From Candidatus Kerfeldbacteria bacterium (GTDB lineage: Bacteria > Patescibacteriota > Patescibacteriia > UBA10025 > JAHIVO01): 64,000 nt of DNA. The position numbers and the translations under genes are program-made. Each line of letters opens with the position of its first letter. The first letter of the stretch is position 1. Shown piece after piece: positions 40,787-51,442 of the stretch. Under the pieces are notes generated by a model. The model did not search any database and was not told the DNA's origin. It was given only the letters and a program-made list of their open reading frames with translations. The DNA is taken from the NCBI GenBank assembly GCA_016214565.1, contig JACROE010000002.1, positions 600,007 to 664,006 on the forward strand. Direction: 5' to 3'.

Positions 40787-42260
40787 TGTGCATTGGGAAA
40801 TCACTAACGCGTGCAATCTGCGCTGTTTACACTGTGTTCAGTGTTCAGGTGCGCCACGTACTGGTGAGCTCAATCCGGACGAAGCGGTGCAGATCATCGA
40901 TCGATTAGCAGCAGCAGGCGTGCAGCGTATTTGCTGGACCGGCGGAGAACCGTTTGTCCGGCGTGATTTCGCGACGCTGCTTCAGCAGGCGCATCAGGCA
41001 GGCATTGTGCAAGCCGTCATCACTAACGGGTATCTGGTTCGGCAAGGGCAGCTCATGATGCTTCAGCAATTGGCCATCCCGCTCGGCGTCAGCTTGGATG
41101 CGACGACTGCAGAATTGCATGATGCCCTGCGCGGTGACGGGTCATTTGACCGGGCGATGCAGACGATTGTGTCTGCGCGAGCGCAGGCCATACCCGTAAC
41201 GCTGTATGCAACGGTTACTCGGGGAAATATCCACGAGTTGCCATCGCTCATCGCTCTCGCCAAGCACTTTGATTGCGGTATTCATGTCAATGAAGTGTCA
41301 TTGGCTGGTCGCGCCGAAGCGATTTGGCCCCGTCTGGCACTGAATGAAGCGTTGCGCGAACAGCTGACCGTGATGGTTGCCGATGCAGCCCGCGAGCATT
41401 TCGGTGAAACGCCGGAGTGGGCTCCGGACGGATGCTGGGCTGACGGCTCGGCTGTCTACCTTCGCTCTGATGGTCAAGTGTTCCTCTGCAGTGAGCAGGT
41501 GCAGTATGCACACAGCGCCGCACTGGGGCACATTCTGGAGCATTCACTTGATGAACTGCTTCAGACCGACTTGATCAGTCAGTGTAGTGGCAGCGCATGT
41601 TCGTATCGCGTATTATCAAGTCCGCGCGTGACGATGATTATCAATCAGCCGATCAGGTGCCCGCTGGTTTCCGTTGAGTCGAAGTTAGAAACCCTGGACG
41701 CACTCAATCAGGCACTCGACGCGTTGTATGCGCCGTTTGCCGATGTGTGTGTCGCGTGCCAGGATAAGTGTTGCCAGGGATTCGTCTGGCTGATGCCTGA
41801 GGAATTGACTCGTCTCCAGCAGTGTGAGGTCGATACGGTCGAAGTGAATGACGCCGCGTCGTTCATCCATTCTTTTCCTGAAAAAGAAGACGGTTCAATC
41901 GACGTATCGGTTCCGTCGCCGCTCTGTAGTCAGCTCTGTTCGCTCCAGCCGCGTCGCTGCCGAGTGTATGCCGATCGTCCTTTTTCCTGTCGCCTCTACC
42001 CGATTGGGTTGGAGGTGCGGGAAGATGGCATGCTGGTCTGGGCACTTCATCAGGATTGTCAGATTACTCGATATCTGGGGAGCGAGGGACTGCTCGAGGA
42101 ATTCGAACGGCGAGCGCTGCAGATTCTGGACAGCATGTGTCCGGAATTGTATGCTAGTATTATTGAAGCGTATCGCAAGGTACATATTCTGATAACTTTC
42201 CCCCTTGGGGGAAATAACATTCGCACTTTAAAGGAGGTGGTTAAGCTTGTCAAAGTGTAA
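40773..42260 (+). CDS. Radical SAM enzyme fused to a YkgJ-like CxxCxxxCC domain
   Basis: CNLRCLHC, TGGEP, twitch-like GC..YLRSDGQVFLC; C-terminal CVACQDKCC..CRVYADRPFSCRLYP. Confidence 0.85.
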   Translation: MPVHDVHWEITNACNLRCLHCVQCSGAPRTGELNPDEAVQIIDRLAAAGVQRICWTGGEPFVRRDFATLLQQAHQAGIVQAVITNGYLVRQGQLMMLQQLAIPLGVSLDATTAELHDALRGDGSFDRAMQTIVSARAQAIPVTLYATVTRGNIHELPSLIALAKHFDCGIHVNEVSLAGRAEAIWPRLALNEALREQLTVMVADAAREHFGETPEWAPDGCWADGSAVYLRSDGQVFLCSEQVQYAHSAALGHILEHSLDELLQTDLISQCSGSACSYRVLSSPRVTMIINQPIRCPLVSVESKLETLDALNQALDALYAPFADVCVACQDKCCQGFVWLMPEELTRLQQCEVDTVEVNDAASFIHSFPEKEDGSIDVSVPSPLCSQLCSLQPRRCRVYADRPFSCRLYPIGLEVREDGMLVWALHQDCQITRYLGSEGLLEEFERRALQILDSMCPELYASIIEAYRKVHILITFPLGGNNIRTLKEVVKLVKV

Positions 42261-42339
42261 GGCTGTCTTAGACAGCACAAAAGTGACCAAGATCAATGTC
42301 ACCAAGGGCACGCCGCCCAAAAGCGACAAGACGAAGTAA
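42247..42339 (+). CDS. 30-aa putative RiPP precursor MSKCKAVLDSTKVTKINVTKGTPPKSDKTK
   Basis: AAGGAGGTG (42231-39) 7 nt before TTG; overlaps the end of the second rSAM gene; followed by terminator. Confidence 0.65.
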   Translation: MSKCKAVLDSTKVTKINVTKGTPPKSDKTK

Positions 42340-42370
42340 TGGTCAAATAGCCGAAAGGCTACGTATTCAT

Positions 42371-42408
42371 GTGGCGCGTTTGCATTTTTGCAGAGGCGCC
42401 ACTTTTTT
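42371..42408 (+). terminator. Intrinsic terminator closing the radical SAM operon
   Basis: GTGGCGC..GCGCCAC stem followed by T6. Confidence 0.75.
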
Positions 42409-42502
42409 ATTCATCTATCCCTTGCCAGCGGTAGGGTTTTCTGGTACACTCGTGCCACGTATGTGTCCTGCAACAGGACCATTTATTTTATCCGTCGATT
42501 TT

Positions 42503-44284
42503 ATGGAAATACGAAACATCGCCATTATTGCTCACGTCGACCACGGGAAGACACTGCTGACTGACGCGATTATGCGGCAGACCGGCATGGTAACTGATGA
42601 CGCGGTCAGTATGGATTCCAATGTGCTGGAAAAAGAGCGCGGTATTACGATTTATTCGAAAAACGCCTCGGTTTTTTACCGTGGCACGAAAATCAATATT
42701 GTGGACACGCCGGGCCATGCGGATTTTGGCTCTGAAGTTGAACGAGTACTTCGTTCAATTGATAGTGTGTTATTGGTAGTCGATGCGCAGGAAGGCCCCA
42801 TGCCCCAGACGCGGTTTGTATTGAAGAAATCGCTTGAGCTCGGCCTGAAACCGATCGTGGTCATTAATAAAATTGATAAGCCGGCAGCTGATCCTGATTT
42901 GGCTCAAGAGGAAGTATTTGAATTATTTCTTGATTTAGGCGCCAGTGACGAACAATTGGATTTTACTACCGTGTACGCCATCGGGCGCGACGGTATTGCG
43001 AAGATGAATTTAGCCGATGAATCGAAAGATCTCACCCCGTTGCTTGATACTATTCTATTGAAAGTAAAACCCGCCAATGCTGACATCAGTCTTCCATTCA
43101 GATTTCAACCATTTAATCTCGCCTACGATAATTTTCTTGGCCGTTTAGCTATTGGTCGGATGTATGAGGGCACCATTAAAACAGGTGGCCCGGCCGTGCG
43201 CAAGGGAACCGATGGTACGGTACAGAACGGAAAAATTACGAAATTGTTTTCATTTAAAGGAATGCAGCGTGAGGAAGTAACCGAGGCGGTTGCTGGCGAT
43301 ATTGTCATGGTGGCGGGGTTTGCCGATATTGATATTGGCGATACGATTTGTGCTGATGCCAGTCAGGAGTCGTTGCCCGCTATTCTGATTGATGAGCCGA
43401 CCATATCACTACAACTATTGGTGAACAATTCTCCGTTTGGCGGACGCGAGGGAACCTACGTTACCAGTCGGCAGATTCGGGAGCGATTAGAGAAAGAATT
43501 GGAAGTCAACGTGGGTTTGCGCATTGATTTTTCTTCAGACACGTATACCGTGTTTGGCCGCGGCGAATTACATATCGCTATACTTCTAGAAAACATGCGT
43601 CGCGAAGGATATGAAGTGCAAGTGTCACAACCGCATGTCATTAATAAGGAAATTGACGGAAAACTCAACGAACCTTTTGAAGAAGCGACCGTCGATGTTC
43701 CCGAAGCCCAATCCGGCGTGGTCATTGAAAAGCTCGGCAAACGCGCGGGCGTGATGGTCCACATGGAGAACGAGGCCGGACAAGCGCGGATGCTCTTTGA
43801 GATTCCCACGCGTGGATTGTTAGGGTACCGAAATGAATTTATCGTTGATACGAAAGGCGAGGGTATCCTGTGCTCGCGTTTTATCGGGTATCGACCGCAT
43901 GTCGGGGAAATCAAGAAGCGCGACGTCGGTTCGATGGTGTCTATGGCCACCGGCAAGGCGCTCGGGTACTCGCTCAATAATTTGCAGACCCGAGGCACTC
44001 TGTATATTTCGCCAGCTACTGAAGTATATGAGGGTATGGTCATCGGTAATACCTCAAAAGGCGATGATATGGCAGTCAATCCGATCAAAGGAAAGAAGTT
44101 AAGCAATATGCGCGCTTCGGGTACTGATGATGCGATCCAACTCGAACCGCCGATGGAGCTAACTATTGAGCGGGGATTGGAAGTGATGGCTGATGATGAG
44201 TATCTCGAGATTACTCCGAAGAGCGTCCGTCTGCGGAAGCAGCATCTGACGGTCAACGAGCGGCGCCGCGCCGGGGAAATATAA
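42503..44284 (+). CDS. typA: Translational GTPase TypA/BipA
   Basis: [49 protein letters not shown]. Confidence 0.96.
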   Translation: MEIRNIAIIAHVDHGKTLLTDAIMRQTGMVTDDAVSMDSNVLEKERGITIYSKNASVFYRGTKINIVDTPGHADFGSEVERVLRSIDSVLLVVDAQEGPMPQTRFVLKKSLELGLKPIVVINKIDKPAADPDLAQEEVFELFLDLGASDEQLDFTTVYAIGRDGIAKMNLADESKDLTPLLDTILLKVKPANADISLPFRFQPFNLAYDNFLGRLAIGRMYEGTIKTGGPAVRKGTDGTVQNGKITKLFSFKGMQREEVTEAVAGDIVMVAGFADIDIGDTICADASQESLPAILIDEPTISLQLLVNNSPFGGREGTYVTSRQIRERLEKELEVNVGLRIDFSSDTYTVFGRGELHIAILLENMRREGYEVQVSQPHVINKEIDGKLNEPFEEATVDVPEAQSGVVIEKLGKRAGVMVHMENEAGQARMLFEIPTRGLLGYRNEFIVDTKGEGILCSRFIGYRPHVGEIKKRDVGSMVSMATGKALGYSLNNLQTRGTLYISPATEVYEGMVIGNTSKGDDMAVNPIKGKKLSNMRASGTDDAIQLEPPMELTIERGLEVMADDEYLEITPKSVRLRKQHLTVNERRRAGEI

Positions 44285-44342
44285 TTTTAATTTATCCACA
44301 GGCACGCTCATTGGCGGTCTTGTGTTATTTGTGGGTTGTGAT

Positions 44343-44362
44343 ATATTCATAACATTGAATAT
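44343..44362. promoter_or_regulatory. Putative ArsR/SmtB operator
   Basis: ATATTCA-N6-TGAATAT overlapping the regulator start codon. Confidence 0.55.
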
Positions 44363-44834
44363 GTTACCCACCCTATTTCAACCACATAGTCAGCTTTTTA
44401 AGGCTCTCGCCAGTCCAAAACGACTGGAAATTGTGCATTTATTGCGCACTCACTGCATGCGGGTGGAGGAAATTCAGCGCATGACCGGTATGACCCAGGC
44501 AAATGTCAGTCAGCACCTGCAGGTACTGCGCCGGTGTAATGTCGTAGTGCCGCAGCGAACGGGCAAAGCTATTAGTTATTGCTTATCGCATCCCCGTATC
44601 GTCCACGCCCTGGATGACGTGCAGCAAATTTTAGTCGACCGGAAAAAGGTTAATTCGGCGCAGAGTGCCCACAAGACCCGCGTGCCGATCCCCCAAGTGA
44701 TTGATCCGGTCTGCGGCATGTCTATCTCGCCACAAACGGCGGTGCTGATGGCGAATTATCGCCGCTCCACGTATTATTTTTGTGCATCAGGATGCCATGC
44801 AGCATTTACTAAAAAACCAGAACACTATGTATAA
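44361..44834 (+). CDS. ArsR/SmtB regulator fused to a YHS domain
   Basis: FKALASPKRLEI, QANVSQHLQVLR; DPVCGM..YYFCASGC..F...PEHY. Confidence 0.88.
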   Translation: MLPTLFQPHSQLFKALASPKRLEIVHLLRTHCMRVEEIQRMTGMTQANVSQHLQVLRRCNVVVPQRTGKAISYCLSHPRIVHALDDVQQILVDRKKVNSAQSAHKTRVPIPQVIDPVCGMSISPQTAVLMANYRRSTYYFCASGCHAAFTKKPEHYV

Positions 44835-45291
44835 GAAAACAATTATTGCGGTTCTTATTTTTTCATTCTTCGGTGTGCTTTTGTCCGGTTATCTTTCATA
44901 TTGGAATCTATTTGGTCCCAGCTGCCACGTCGGCCCCTTGAACTGGTTGGTTTCCTGCGGTGGTCCCGGGAAAGTGTTAATTTTTGGTCAGCCTACCTGC
45001 ATCTATGGTTTTGGCATGTTTTTCAGCGTGATGGTTTTGTCAGTCATTGCGCTGGCCACCCTACCCAAGCGCGGTTTGGTGCGCGCCCTGATGACGCTTG
45101 GCGTAGTTGGCACATTATTTTCGGCGGGTCTTATTATTTATGAAGTGTGGATTCTTAAGCTGGCGTTTACGGGATTGCCCGCATGCGTGTATGGATTTGT
45201 TCTTTACGTTGGCATATTGATATCAAGTGTGCTCGCCAGTCGCTCTTTTCAGACCGCACAATCAACTAACTCTCACAATCAGCCAATATGA
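44827..45291 (+). CDS. VKOR-like membrane protein
   Basis: Loop Cys pair; FGQPTCIYGF and TGLPACVYGF; four TM helices; no canonical CxxC. Confidence 0.55.
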   Translation: MYKKTIIAVLIFSFFGVLLSGYLSYWNLFGPSCHVGPLNWLVSCGGPGKVLIFGQPTCIYGFGMFFSVMVLSVIALATLPKRGLVRALMTLGVVGTLFSAGLIIYEVWILKLAFTGLPACVYGFVLYVGILISSVLASRSFQTAQSTNSHNQPI

Positions 45292-45659
45292 CCATCGATC
45301 AAATCATTGGTATCCTACTCATCATTCTCGTTATTGCATTTTTTGCACTTTGGCTCAGATTCCAGCGCCGTCAAGAGAAGGCGGATTTCAAAGATAATGC
45401 CCAAGAAATTACGGTGCTGGTCAAAGGCGCCTATGATCCAAATGTGATAACGGTTCGTGCCGGCGTTCCCTTACGCATCCACTTCAATCGGCAAGAAGAC
45501 ACGGATTGTTCGCGGTATGTGACATTTGACGGGCTTAATATACGAAAAGATCTAAAGGCATTTGCCATGACTGATGTTGAATTCACACCAAAAAATCCTG
45601 GTGAAATCTCGTTTACGTGTGATATGGGGATGTATCAGGGAAAAATAATTGTAACCTAA
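45288..45659 (+). CDS. Membrane-anchored cupredoxin (CupA-like)
   Basis: [20 protein letters not shown]. Confidence 0.85.
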   Translation: MTIDQIIGILLIILVIAFFALWLRFQRRQEKADFKDNAQEITVLVKGAYDPNVITVRAGVPLRIHFNRQEDTDCSRYVTFDGLNIRKDLKAFAMTDVEFTPKNPGEISFTCDMGMYQGKIIVT

Positions 45660-45664
45660 TATAT

Positions 45665-47866
45665 ATGTCATCAAACGAAACTATTATTTCACTCAGGGGC
45701 ATGCACTGTGCCAGTTGTGCCCAGCTTATCGAGCGCCGGTTGCGAAAAGTTCCGGGCGTGGAGCATGCCATGGTTAATTATGGGACAGAGCGGGCGCATG
45801 TGACTCACGCGTCAGATGCCGTCGCCCCTGAACAATTGATCAAAACCGTGGTTGATGCCGGCTACCAGGGGACTATTCTCGATCGAGAACATAACACCGA
45901 AGCAGTCGATAAGGAAAAAGAAATTCAAAAAATCCGTCGTACGTTTTGGATCAGTCTGGTGCTGGCTATTCCGGTTTTGATATTGAGCATGGGGATGAAG
46001 ATTGTACCGCAGATTGAGGAAATTCCATATCGCGAGTGGTTGCAGTTTCTCTTTGCTACCCCGATCCAATTTTGGGCTGGCTGGCAGTTTTATCGAGGGA
46101 CCTGGGGTGCGCTGCGTGCTCGCACGGCTAACATGGATAGCCTGATCGCGCTCGGGACATCGACTGCCTATGTCTATTCATTATTTGTGGTGGGCGGTCT
46201 GATTGATGGCGAGGTTTATTTCGAAATTGGTAGCATCCTGATTGCTTTTGTCTTACTCGGCAAATGGCTCGAGGCGCGGGCGAAAGGCAAGACCAACGAG
46301 GCGATTAAGAAATTGATGGGATTAGCGCCCAAGACTGCCATTGTTATCCGTGATGGCGTCGAACAGGAGATTGCCCTGGATATGGTGCAGGTTGGCGATG
46401 TAATACGCGTCAAACCAGGGGCTAAAATCCCGGTGGATGGCACGGTCGCTGAAGGATCTTCTTCAGTGGATGAGTCTATGGTGACGGGAGAAAGCATTCC
46501 CGTGGAGAAGCATGCAGGTGATCCAGTTATTGGTGGCACCCTGAATATCCACGGGTCATTTACTTTTACCGCAACGAAGGTCGGGAAAGAAACGTTGCTC
46601 GCCGGCATTATACAGCTCGTAGAGCAGGCACAAGCATCAAAAGCGCCGATCCAGCGATTTGCCGATCGAGTCTCAGCTTATTTTGTGCCGACGGTTATTG
46701 CTATTTCTTTGATAACATTTATATCGTGGTATTTCTTGGCTGGTCAGGATTTCGTTTCTAGTTTATTAGCCTTTGTGGCCGTACTGGTGATTGCTTGCCC
46801 CTGCGCACTCGGCTTGGCTACTCCAACGGCCATTATTACCGGCACGGGGTTAGGCGCGAGCCATGGCATCCTGATCAAGGGCGGGGAAGCACTTGAGGCA
46901 GCGCGGAAAATTGATACTGTCGTATTTGATAAAACCGGCACCCTGACCCACGGCAAACCAGATGTCACTGATATTCACGCCACGAATCGAGGTCAGGAAC
47001 AGTACGTACTGACGGTCGCTGCTTCACTGGAGAAACAATCAGAGCATCCGCTCGCAGAAGCAATCGTGCGGAAAGCGCACGAGGAGCAGTTCGCCTTGTT
47101 TCCTGTTATTGATTTCGCGGCAGTCCCCGGGCATGGCGTGAAAGGCGTGATCGACGACAAACCAGTGTATCTGGGGAATCGGAAGTTAATGAAACAGATT
47201 GGCGTATCCTACGTTGAGGCCAGCGAGGCAATCGATGCGCTGGAGCATCAGGGTAAAACAGTTATGCTGTTAGCCGTCGGTAAAGCCCACGTTGGATTTA
47301 TTGCCGTGGCTGATACGGTGAAAGAAAGTTCCCGTGAAGCAATCACCGCATTACAGAAAATCGGTATTGGTGTACTGATGATCACCGGTGATAATGCACA
47401 GACCGCCCAAGCGATTGCCCAGCAGGTGGGCATCACTCGAGTGCTATCTGAAGTATTACCAAAAGATAAAGCGCACGAAGTAGTGGAATTGCAGCGGACC
47501 GGCGCACGGGTTGCTTTTGTCGGAGATGGCATTAATGACGCACCAGCGTTGGCTCAAGCGGATTTGGGAATCGCTATCGGCTCAGGCACGGATGTGGCAC
47601 TGGAAACCGGACAAATGGTTCTTGTTAAAAATGATTTACGCGACGTGGTGCGCGGTATCAGTTTATCCCGTCGCACATTTCGAAAAATTGTGCAGAATCT
47701 ATTTTGGGCATTAATTTATAATGTTGCAGGCATTCCTATTGCCGCGGGAGTCTTCTTCCCCATTTTTGGTTGGCAATTGCGGCCAGAATTGGCGGGAGCG
47801 GCGATGGCATTATCCAGTATCTCAGTGGTTTTGAATTCGTTATTATTAAAACGATGGCGACCATGA
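45665..47866 (+). CDS. copA: Copper-translocating P1B-type ATPase
   Basis: [43 protein letters not shown] and MALSS. Confidence 0.95.
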   Translation: MSSNETIISLRGMHCASCAQLIERRLRKVPGVEHAMVNYGTERAHVTHASDAVAPEQLIKTVVDAGYQGTILDREHNTEAVDKEKEIQKIRRTFWISLVLAIPVLILSMGMKIVPQIEEIPYREWLQFLFATPIQFWAGWQFYRGTWGALRARTANMDSLIALGTSTAYVYSLFVVGGLIDGEVYFEIGSILIAFVLLGKWLEARAKGKTNEAIKKLMGLAPKTAIVIRDGVEQEIALDMVQVGDVIRVKPGAKIPVDGTVAEGSSSVDESMVTGESIPVEKHAGDPVIGGTLNIHGSFTFTATKVGKETLLAGIIQLVEQAQASKAPIQRFADRVSAYFVPTVIAISLITFISWYFLAGQDFVSSLLAFVAVLVIACPCALGLATPTAIITGTGLGASHGILIKGGEALEAARKIDTVVFDKTGTLTHGKPDVTDIHATNRGQEQYVLTVAASLEKQSEHPLAEAIVRKAHEEQFALFPVIDFAAVPGHGVKGVIDDKPVYLGNRKLMKQIGVSYVEASEAIDALEHQGKTVMLLAVGKAHVGFIAVADTVKESSREAITALQKIGIGVLMITGDNAQTAQAIAQQVGITRVLSEVLPKDKAHEVVELQRTGARVAFVGDGINDAPALAQADLGIAIGSGTDVALETGQMVLVKNDLRDVVRGISLSRRTFRKIVQNLFWALIYNVAGIPIAAGVFFPIFGWQLRPELAGAAMALSSISVVLNSLLLKRWRP

Positions 47867-47900
47867 CATTATTTTCATTAATTAACGTATTATTAAGAGT

Positions 47901-49019
47901 ATGAATCTTTGGGCAATATTTATTACCGGGTTAACCACGGGCGCGCTGACCTGCCTGGCAGTTCAGGGAGGACTTCTCGCCAGCGTTATCGCCGGCCAGA
48001 AACAGAAAGAATTAGAGGAGACTGAAGCGCCAGCTCGCGGTATATCCCGTTTTATCAAACGGCAAGACTGGATGTCAGTTGGGTTATTCTTAGTGGCCAA
48101 GCTGGGCAGCCATATGGTGGTTGGTTTTCTGTTGGGCGCGCTTGGTTCCGTGATTACCCTCAGCCTGGGCATGCGCGTCACCTTTCAGATTATTGCCGCG
48201 CTTTTTATGATAGCCGCAGCGATGAATCTATTGAATGTCCATCCAATATTTCGCTATATCATGTTCCAGCCGCCCCGCTTCATGCAGCGCTGGGTGCGCA
48301 ATTCAGCTCGGGGGCAGTCGTTCTTTACTCCCATTATGGTCGGTGCACTGACTATTTTTGTGCCGTGCGGCGTCACACAAGCGATGGAGGTTTTGGCGAT
48401 TACTTCTGGTAATCCGGTTCAAGGTGCACTCATCCTAGGCGTGTTTGTACTTGGTACCGTGCCGCTTTTCGGTGGCATTGGGTTGATCACCGCTAAGCTA
48501 GGTGAATTATGGCGCGGCGCGTTTCTGAAGGTTACCGCGGTTGCTTTGCTGCTCATGGCACTATACAGTATCAATGGCGCGCTAGTCGTTTTGGATGTAC
48601 CCTTTTCAGCTCAGCGCTTAGCGGCGGCGTTTGCCAAACAGTCGACAAATGAATCGTCTGATGTTAATACAAATATTAAAACCAACAGCAATAGTAATTC
48701 AAATACTAAGGCTTGGCAGTCTTCCAAGAGCCAGGATTCAGCACAACAGGATTCAGTGCAGAAAGTCACCATCAATGTACAGAATAGTGGTTATAACCCA
48801 AAAAAATTCCAAGTGAAAGCCGGTACGCCAGTCGAATTAACCGTTAAAACGAACGGGGTATACTCGTGCGCAGCGGCATTTACTTTCCGCGCTTTCAATA
48901 TTAATGAAATATTGGAACCAACGGATTCTCAAACATTCCGCTTTACCCCTACTAAGCCGGGAAAGTACACGTACTCGTGCTCAATGGGGATGTATTCGGG
49001 AGTTATGGAGGTTATTTAA
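47901..49019 (+). CDS. DsbD_2/TauE-like membrane protein with C-terminal cupredoxin
   Basis: TCLAVQGG, FVPCGVTQ, FVLGT.P; YSCSMGMY. Confidence 0.82.
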   Translation: MNLWAIFITGLTTGALTCLAVQGGLLASVIAGQKQKELEETEAPARGISRFIKRQDWMSVGLFLVAKLGSHMVVGFLLGALGSVITLSLGMRVTFQIIAALFMIAAAMNLLNVHPIFRYIMFQPPRFMQRWVRNSARGQSFFTPIMVGALTIFVPCGVTQAMEVLAITSGNPVQGALILGVFVLGTVPLFGGIGLITAKLGELWRGAFLKVTAVALLLMALYSINGALVVLDVPFSAQRLAAAFAKQSTNESSDVNTNIKTNSNSNSNTKAWQSSKSQDSAQQDSVQKVTINVQNSGYNPKKFQVKAGTPVELTVKTNGVYSCAAAFTFRAFNINEILEPTDSQTFRFTPTKPGKYTYSCSMGMYSGVMEVI

Positions 49020-49024
49020 GCGCT

Positions 49025-49144
49025 ATGACTGAAACCATTACACTCTCTATTATTGGAATGCACCCTGTGCTATGCTCGCCATGCTCGCAAGTACAGGGCG
49101 AGTTGAGTCGACGGGAAAATGTTTCACTTCTAACAAGCGTATGA
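49025..49144 (+). pseudogene. Interrupted duplicate of the copZ 5' end (39-aa ORF)
   Basis: MTETITLSIIGMH parallels MTTITLNILGMH; diverges at the first Cys codon into hairpin CCCTGTGCT..AGTACAGGG; stop overlaps copZ ATG. Confidence 0.55.
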
Positions 49145-49350
49145 TGACTACAATAACCTTAAACATTCTTGGTATGCACTGCACTAGTTGCAGCATGAAT
49201 ATCGATGACGCACTTGAAGAGTTGCCGGGCGTTGAGGCAAGTAAAACGAGCTATGCACGCGCCACAACTGAAGTGACGTATGATCCGGCGCAGGTTTCCC
49301 AGGAAAAGATCGCTCAGACTATCCAGGACGTCGGATACCAGGTAGCGTAG
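49141..49350 (+). CDS. copZ: Copper chaperone (HMA domain)
   Basis: GMHCTSC, LPGV, VTYDP, GYQ. Confidence 0.88.
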   Translation: MMTTITLNILGMHCTSCSMNIDDALEELPGVEASKTSYARATTEVTYDPAQVSQEKIAQTIQDVGYQVA

Positions 49351-49452
49351 CGTCAGCGAAACGCGCCGCTGGTTTGCTGGCTTTATCTTTGATCATGATG
49401 TTGTGGTATTGCCTGGGAGGGAGTATACTAAGAACGATTATTAGTTATTAGT

Positions 49453-49836
49453 ATGCGCATTATCGGGAAAATAGTTCTCGTGCTTGTTCTGCTCAGTTTG
49501 ATCATGCCGTTTGTGAAAACCGCGTGTGATTTGACATTGCTCAATAATCTCGAACAATATCATGCGCCGATGTGCCATCTGGAGGATCTCAGTCAAACGT
49601 TTGGCCATCTTCGTCAATTTCAGCAATTCAATGCAGCAGTGGTTGAGCCAATGAATCTGATGTTGTTATTGATTCTGTTTATAGCGGCAGTGAGTATTTC
49701 AATGACGGCGCGCGTGCGTCAGGCGTTGATGCTACCGGCAGATGAGTATGCGTTATGGAGTGGACATATGAAACCATGGGATCCGTTGCGGTTTGCTTTT
49801 TCTCATGGACGGTTGCGCCGGGTGGACTACGAGTAA
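49453..49836 (+). CDS. Hypothetical membrane protein
   Basis: 127-aa ORF with signal-like N-terminus and a second TM; His/Cys cluster. Confidence 0.5.
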   Translation: MRIIGKIVLVLVLLSLIMPFVKTACDLTLLNNLEQYHAPMCHLEDLSQTFGHLRQFQQFNAAVVEPMNLMLLLILFIAAVSISMTARVRQALMLPADEYALWSGHMKPWDPLRFAFSHGRLRRVDYE

Positions 49837-49911
49837 TTATTAAGAACAGTCCTCAGATGAGCTATGGCAGTACATGGCTTGATTACTATTATTGAAAAAA
49901 TAAACTACATT

Positions 49912-50703
49912 ATGGAAACACCCGAAGAGAAAAAAAGAGAATCTTTGCTTGAGTTGCTTGGTCCGAAGCGAGCCTTCATTTTTGGCATCATTGCTATGTT
50001 CATGACGGTTTCGACCATTGGCTTCTATATCTTCTTATTTACTGGTTGGGATGGCGCTTCGAGCAAGACATTCGGTACGACGACAAACGTAGATAAGACT
50101 GCCGATACGAATACCACTATAACCGACACCAATGCAGCCCCAACCACAGTCACCGTGGCTGACATTACGGCTGACGATCATATCGTGGGGAATTTAGACA
50201 CAGCTAAAGTCGTGGTGGTTGAGTACTCTGATCTGGAGTGTCCTTTCTGCAAACAGTTCCACCCGCGCCTGGAGCAACTATCCGTTGATTTCGGCGATGA
50301 GGTTGCTTGGGTTTATCGTCATTTCCCGCTTGAGTCGCTGCATCCGAAAGCACCACGCGAGGCTGAGGCATCTGAGTGCGCTGGAGAGCTCGGTGGCAAT
50401 GATGGATTCTGGGCATTTATTGATAAGGTGTATGAAGTGACTCCATCTAACAACGGATTGGAGGACAGTAAACTTCCGGAAATTGCCGGTCAGATTGGCC
50501 TTGATGTAACGAAATTTAACGATTGTTTGTCGAGTGGGAAATACAAAGATAAAGTACAGTCTCAATATGACGACGCGGTAAATGCTGGCGGTACCGGCAC
50601 TCCGTATTCAGTCGTGGTTGGCAAAGACGGTACCACAATTCCGATCAATGGCGCACAGCCCTACAGCAGCGTGAAGAGCGCCGTCGAGAGCCTATTGAAT
50701 TAA
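49912..50703 (+). CDS. DsbA-family thioredoxin-fold protein
   Basis: EYSDLECPFC, YRHFPL, GTP cis-Pro, INGAQPY; N-terminal TM. Confidence 0.92.
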   Translation: METPEEKKRESLLELLGPKRAFIFGIIAMFMTVSTIGFYIFLFTGWDGASSKTFGTTTNVDKTADTNTTITDTNAAPTTVTVADITADDHIVGNLDTAKVVVVEYSDLECPFCKQFHPRLEQLSVDFGDEVAWVYRHFPLESLHPKAPREAEASECAGELGGNDGFWAFIDKVYEVTPSNNGLEDSKLPEIAGQIGLDVTKFNDCLSSGKYKDKVQSQYDDAVNAGGTGTPYSVVVGKDGTTIPINGAQPYSSVKSAVESLLN

Positions 50704-50766
50704 ATCATGATGATTGCCGGGCGGGGGAATCCCCGCCCAGCGTCATCGCGCATAATCATCCACTAT

Positions 50767-51321
50767 ATGAATCGAACGATTCTAATCATTATCCTGGTTG
50801 TCGTTGTAGTCGGCGGTACTGCGGCATGGGTGCTCATGTCGGGCAAAGACGGGGCGACCAATAGCAATGCAAATACCACAGTCTCCAATACCAATCGCTC
50901 AACCACATCGAATACGAACGTGACTAATGTCAATCGTGCGGCCAATCAGAATGTGAATACGGTCGCTGCCAATACCAATACAGCAACTAATGGCAACACG
51001 AATGCCAGTGCCAATGCAAACACCAATACGGCATCGAGTGCCGTATCAGTCACCGCCTCGAGTGTGAGCGGTTTCTCTCCCAGAACCGTCACCGTCAAAG
51101 CCGGCGGTACGGTTACGTGGACCAATACCGGTGGCAGCACAGTCTACGTGGCGCCAAATACTCATCCCCAACACACCGATTATGCCGGCATTTGGGATGA
51201 CGATGACAGTGGCAGAATCAGCGGTGGAGAAACGTATCGCATGACTTTTACTACGCCGGGCACATATACATATCATGATCATAACAATGCGAGTCAAACT
51301 GGTACCGTTGTTGTGGAGTAA
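50767..51321 (+). CDS. Plastocyanin-like cupredoxin with Asn/Thr-rich linker
   Basis: TM, long NT-rich stretch, FSPRTVTVKAGGTVTWTN, PGTYTYHDH. Confidence 0.82.
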   Translation: MNRTILIIILVVVVVGGTAAWVLMSGKDGATNSNANTTVSNTNRSTTSNTNVTNVNRAANQNVNTVAANTNTATNGNTNASANANTNTASSAVSVTASSVSGFSPRTVTVKAGGTVTWTNTGGSTVYVAPNTHPQHTDYAGIWDDDDSGRISGGETYRMTFTTPGTYTYHDHNNASQTGTVVVE

Positions 51322-51442
51322 ATGACAACCTTTAGAGATGTGAAGTATTGTACGTATTATACCTGGCCGCACTAATGGCACGGTCAGGTTAATTTTGTTG
51401 TCAAAGTCTTTGTCTCCATGCTAGACTAGCCATACTTTACTT

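Noticed and set aside
43456-44256. Long antisense ORFs (also 24321-25022, 8330-8995, 62088-62765)
   Set aside because: Shadow frames of conserved genes (typA, groEL, rnj, sufD) with no motifs of their own.
44292-44300. DnaA box TTATCCACA (another at about 23168) as oriC
   Set aside because: Isolated single boxes; no cluster and no dnaA nearby.
50860-51030. Low-complexity AAT/ACC runs as a tandem repeat or CRISPR array
   Set aside because: Encodes an Asn/Thr linker; I saw no repeat-spacer periodicity or cas genes in the window.
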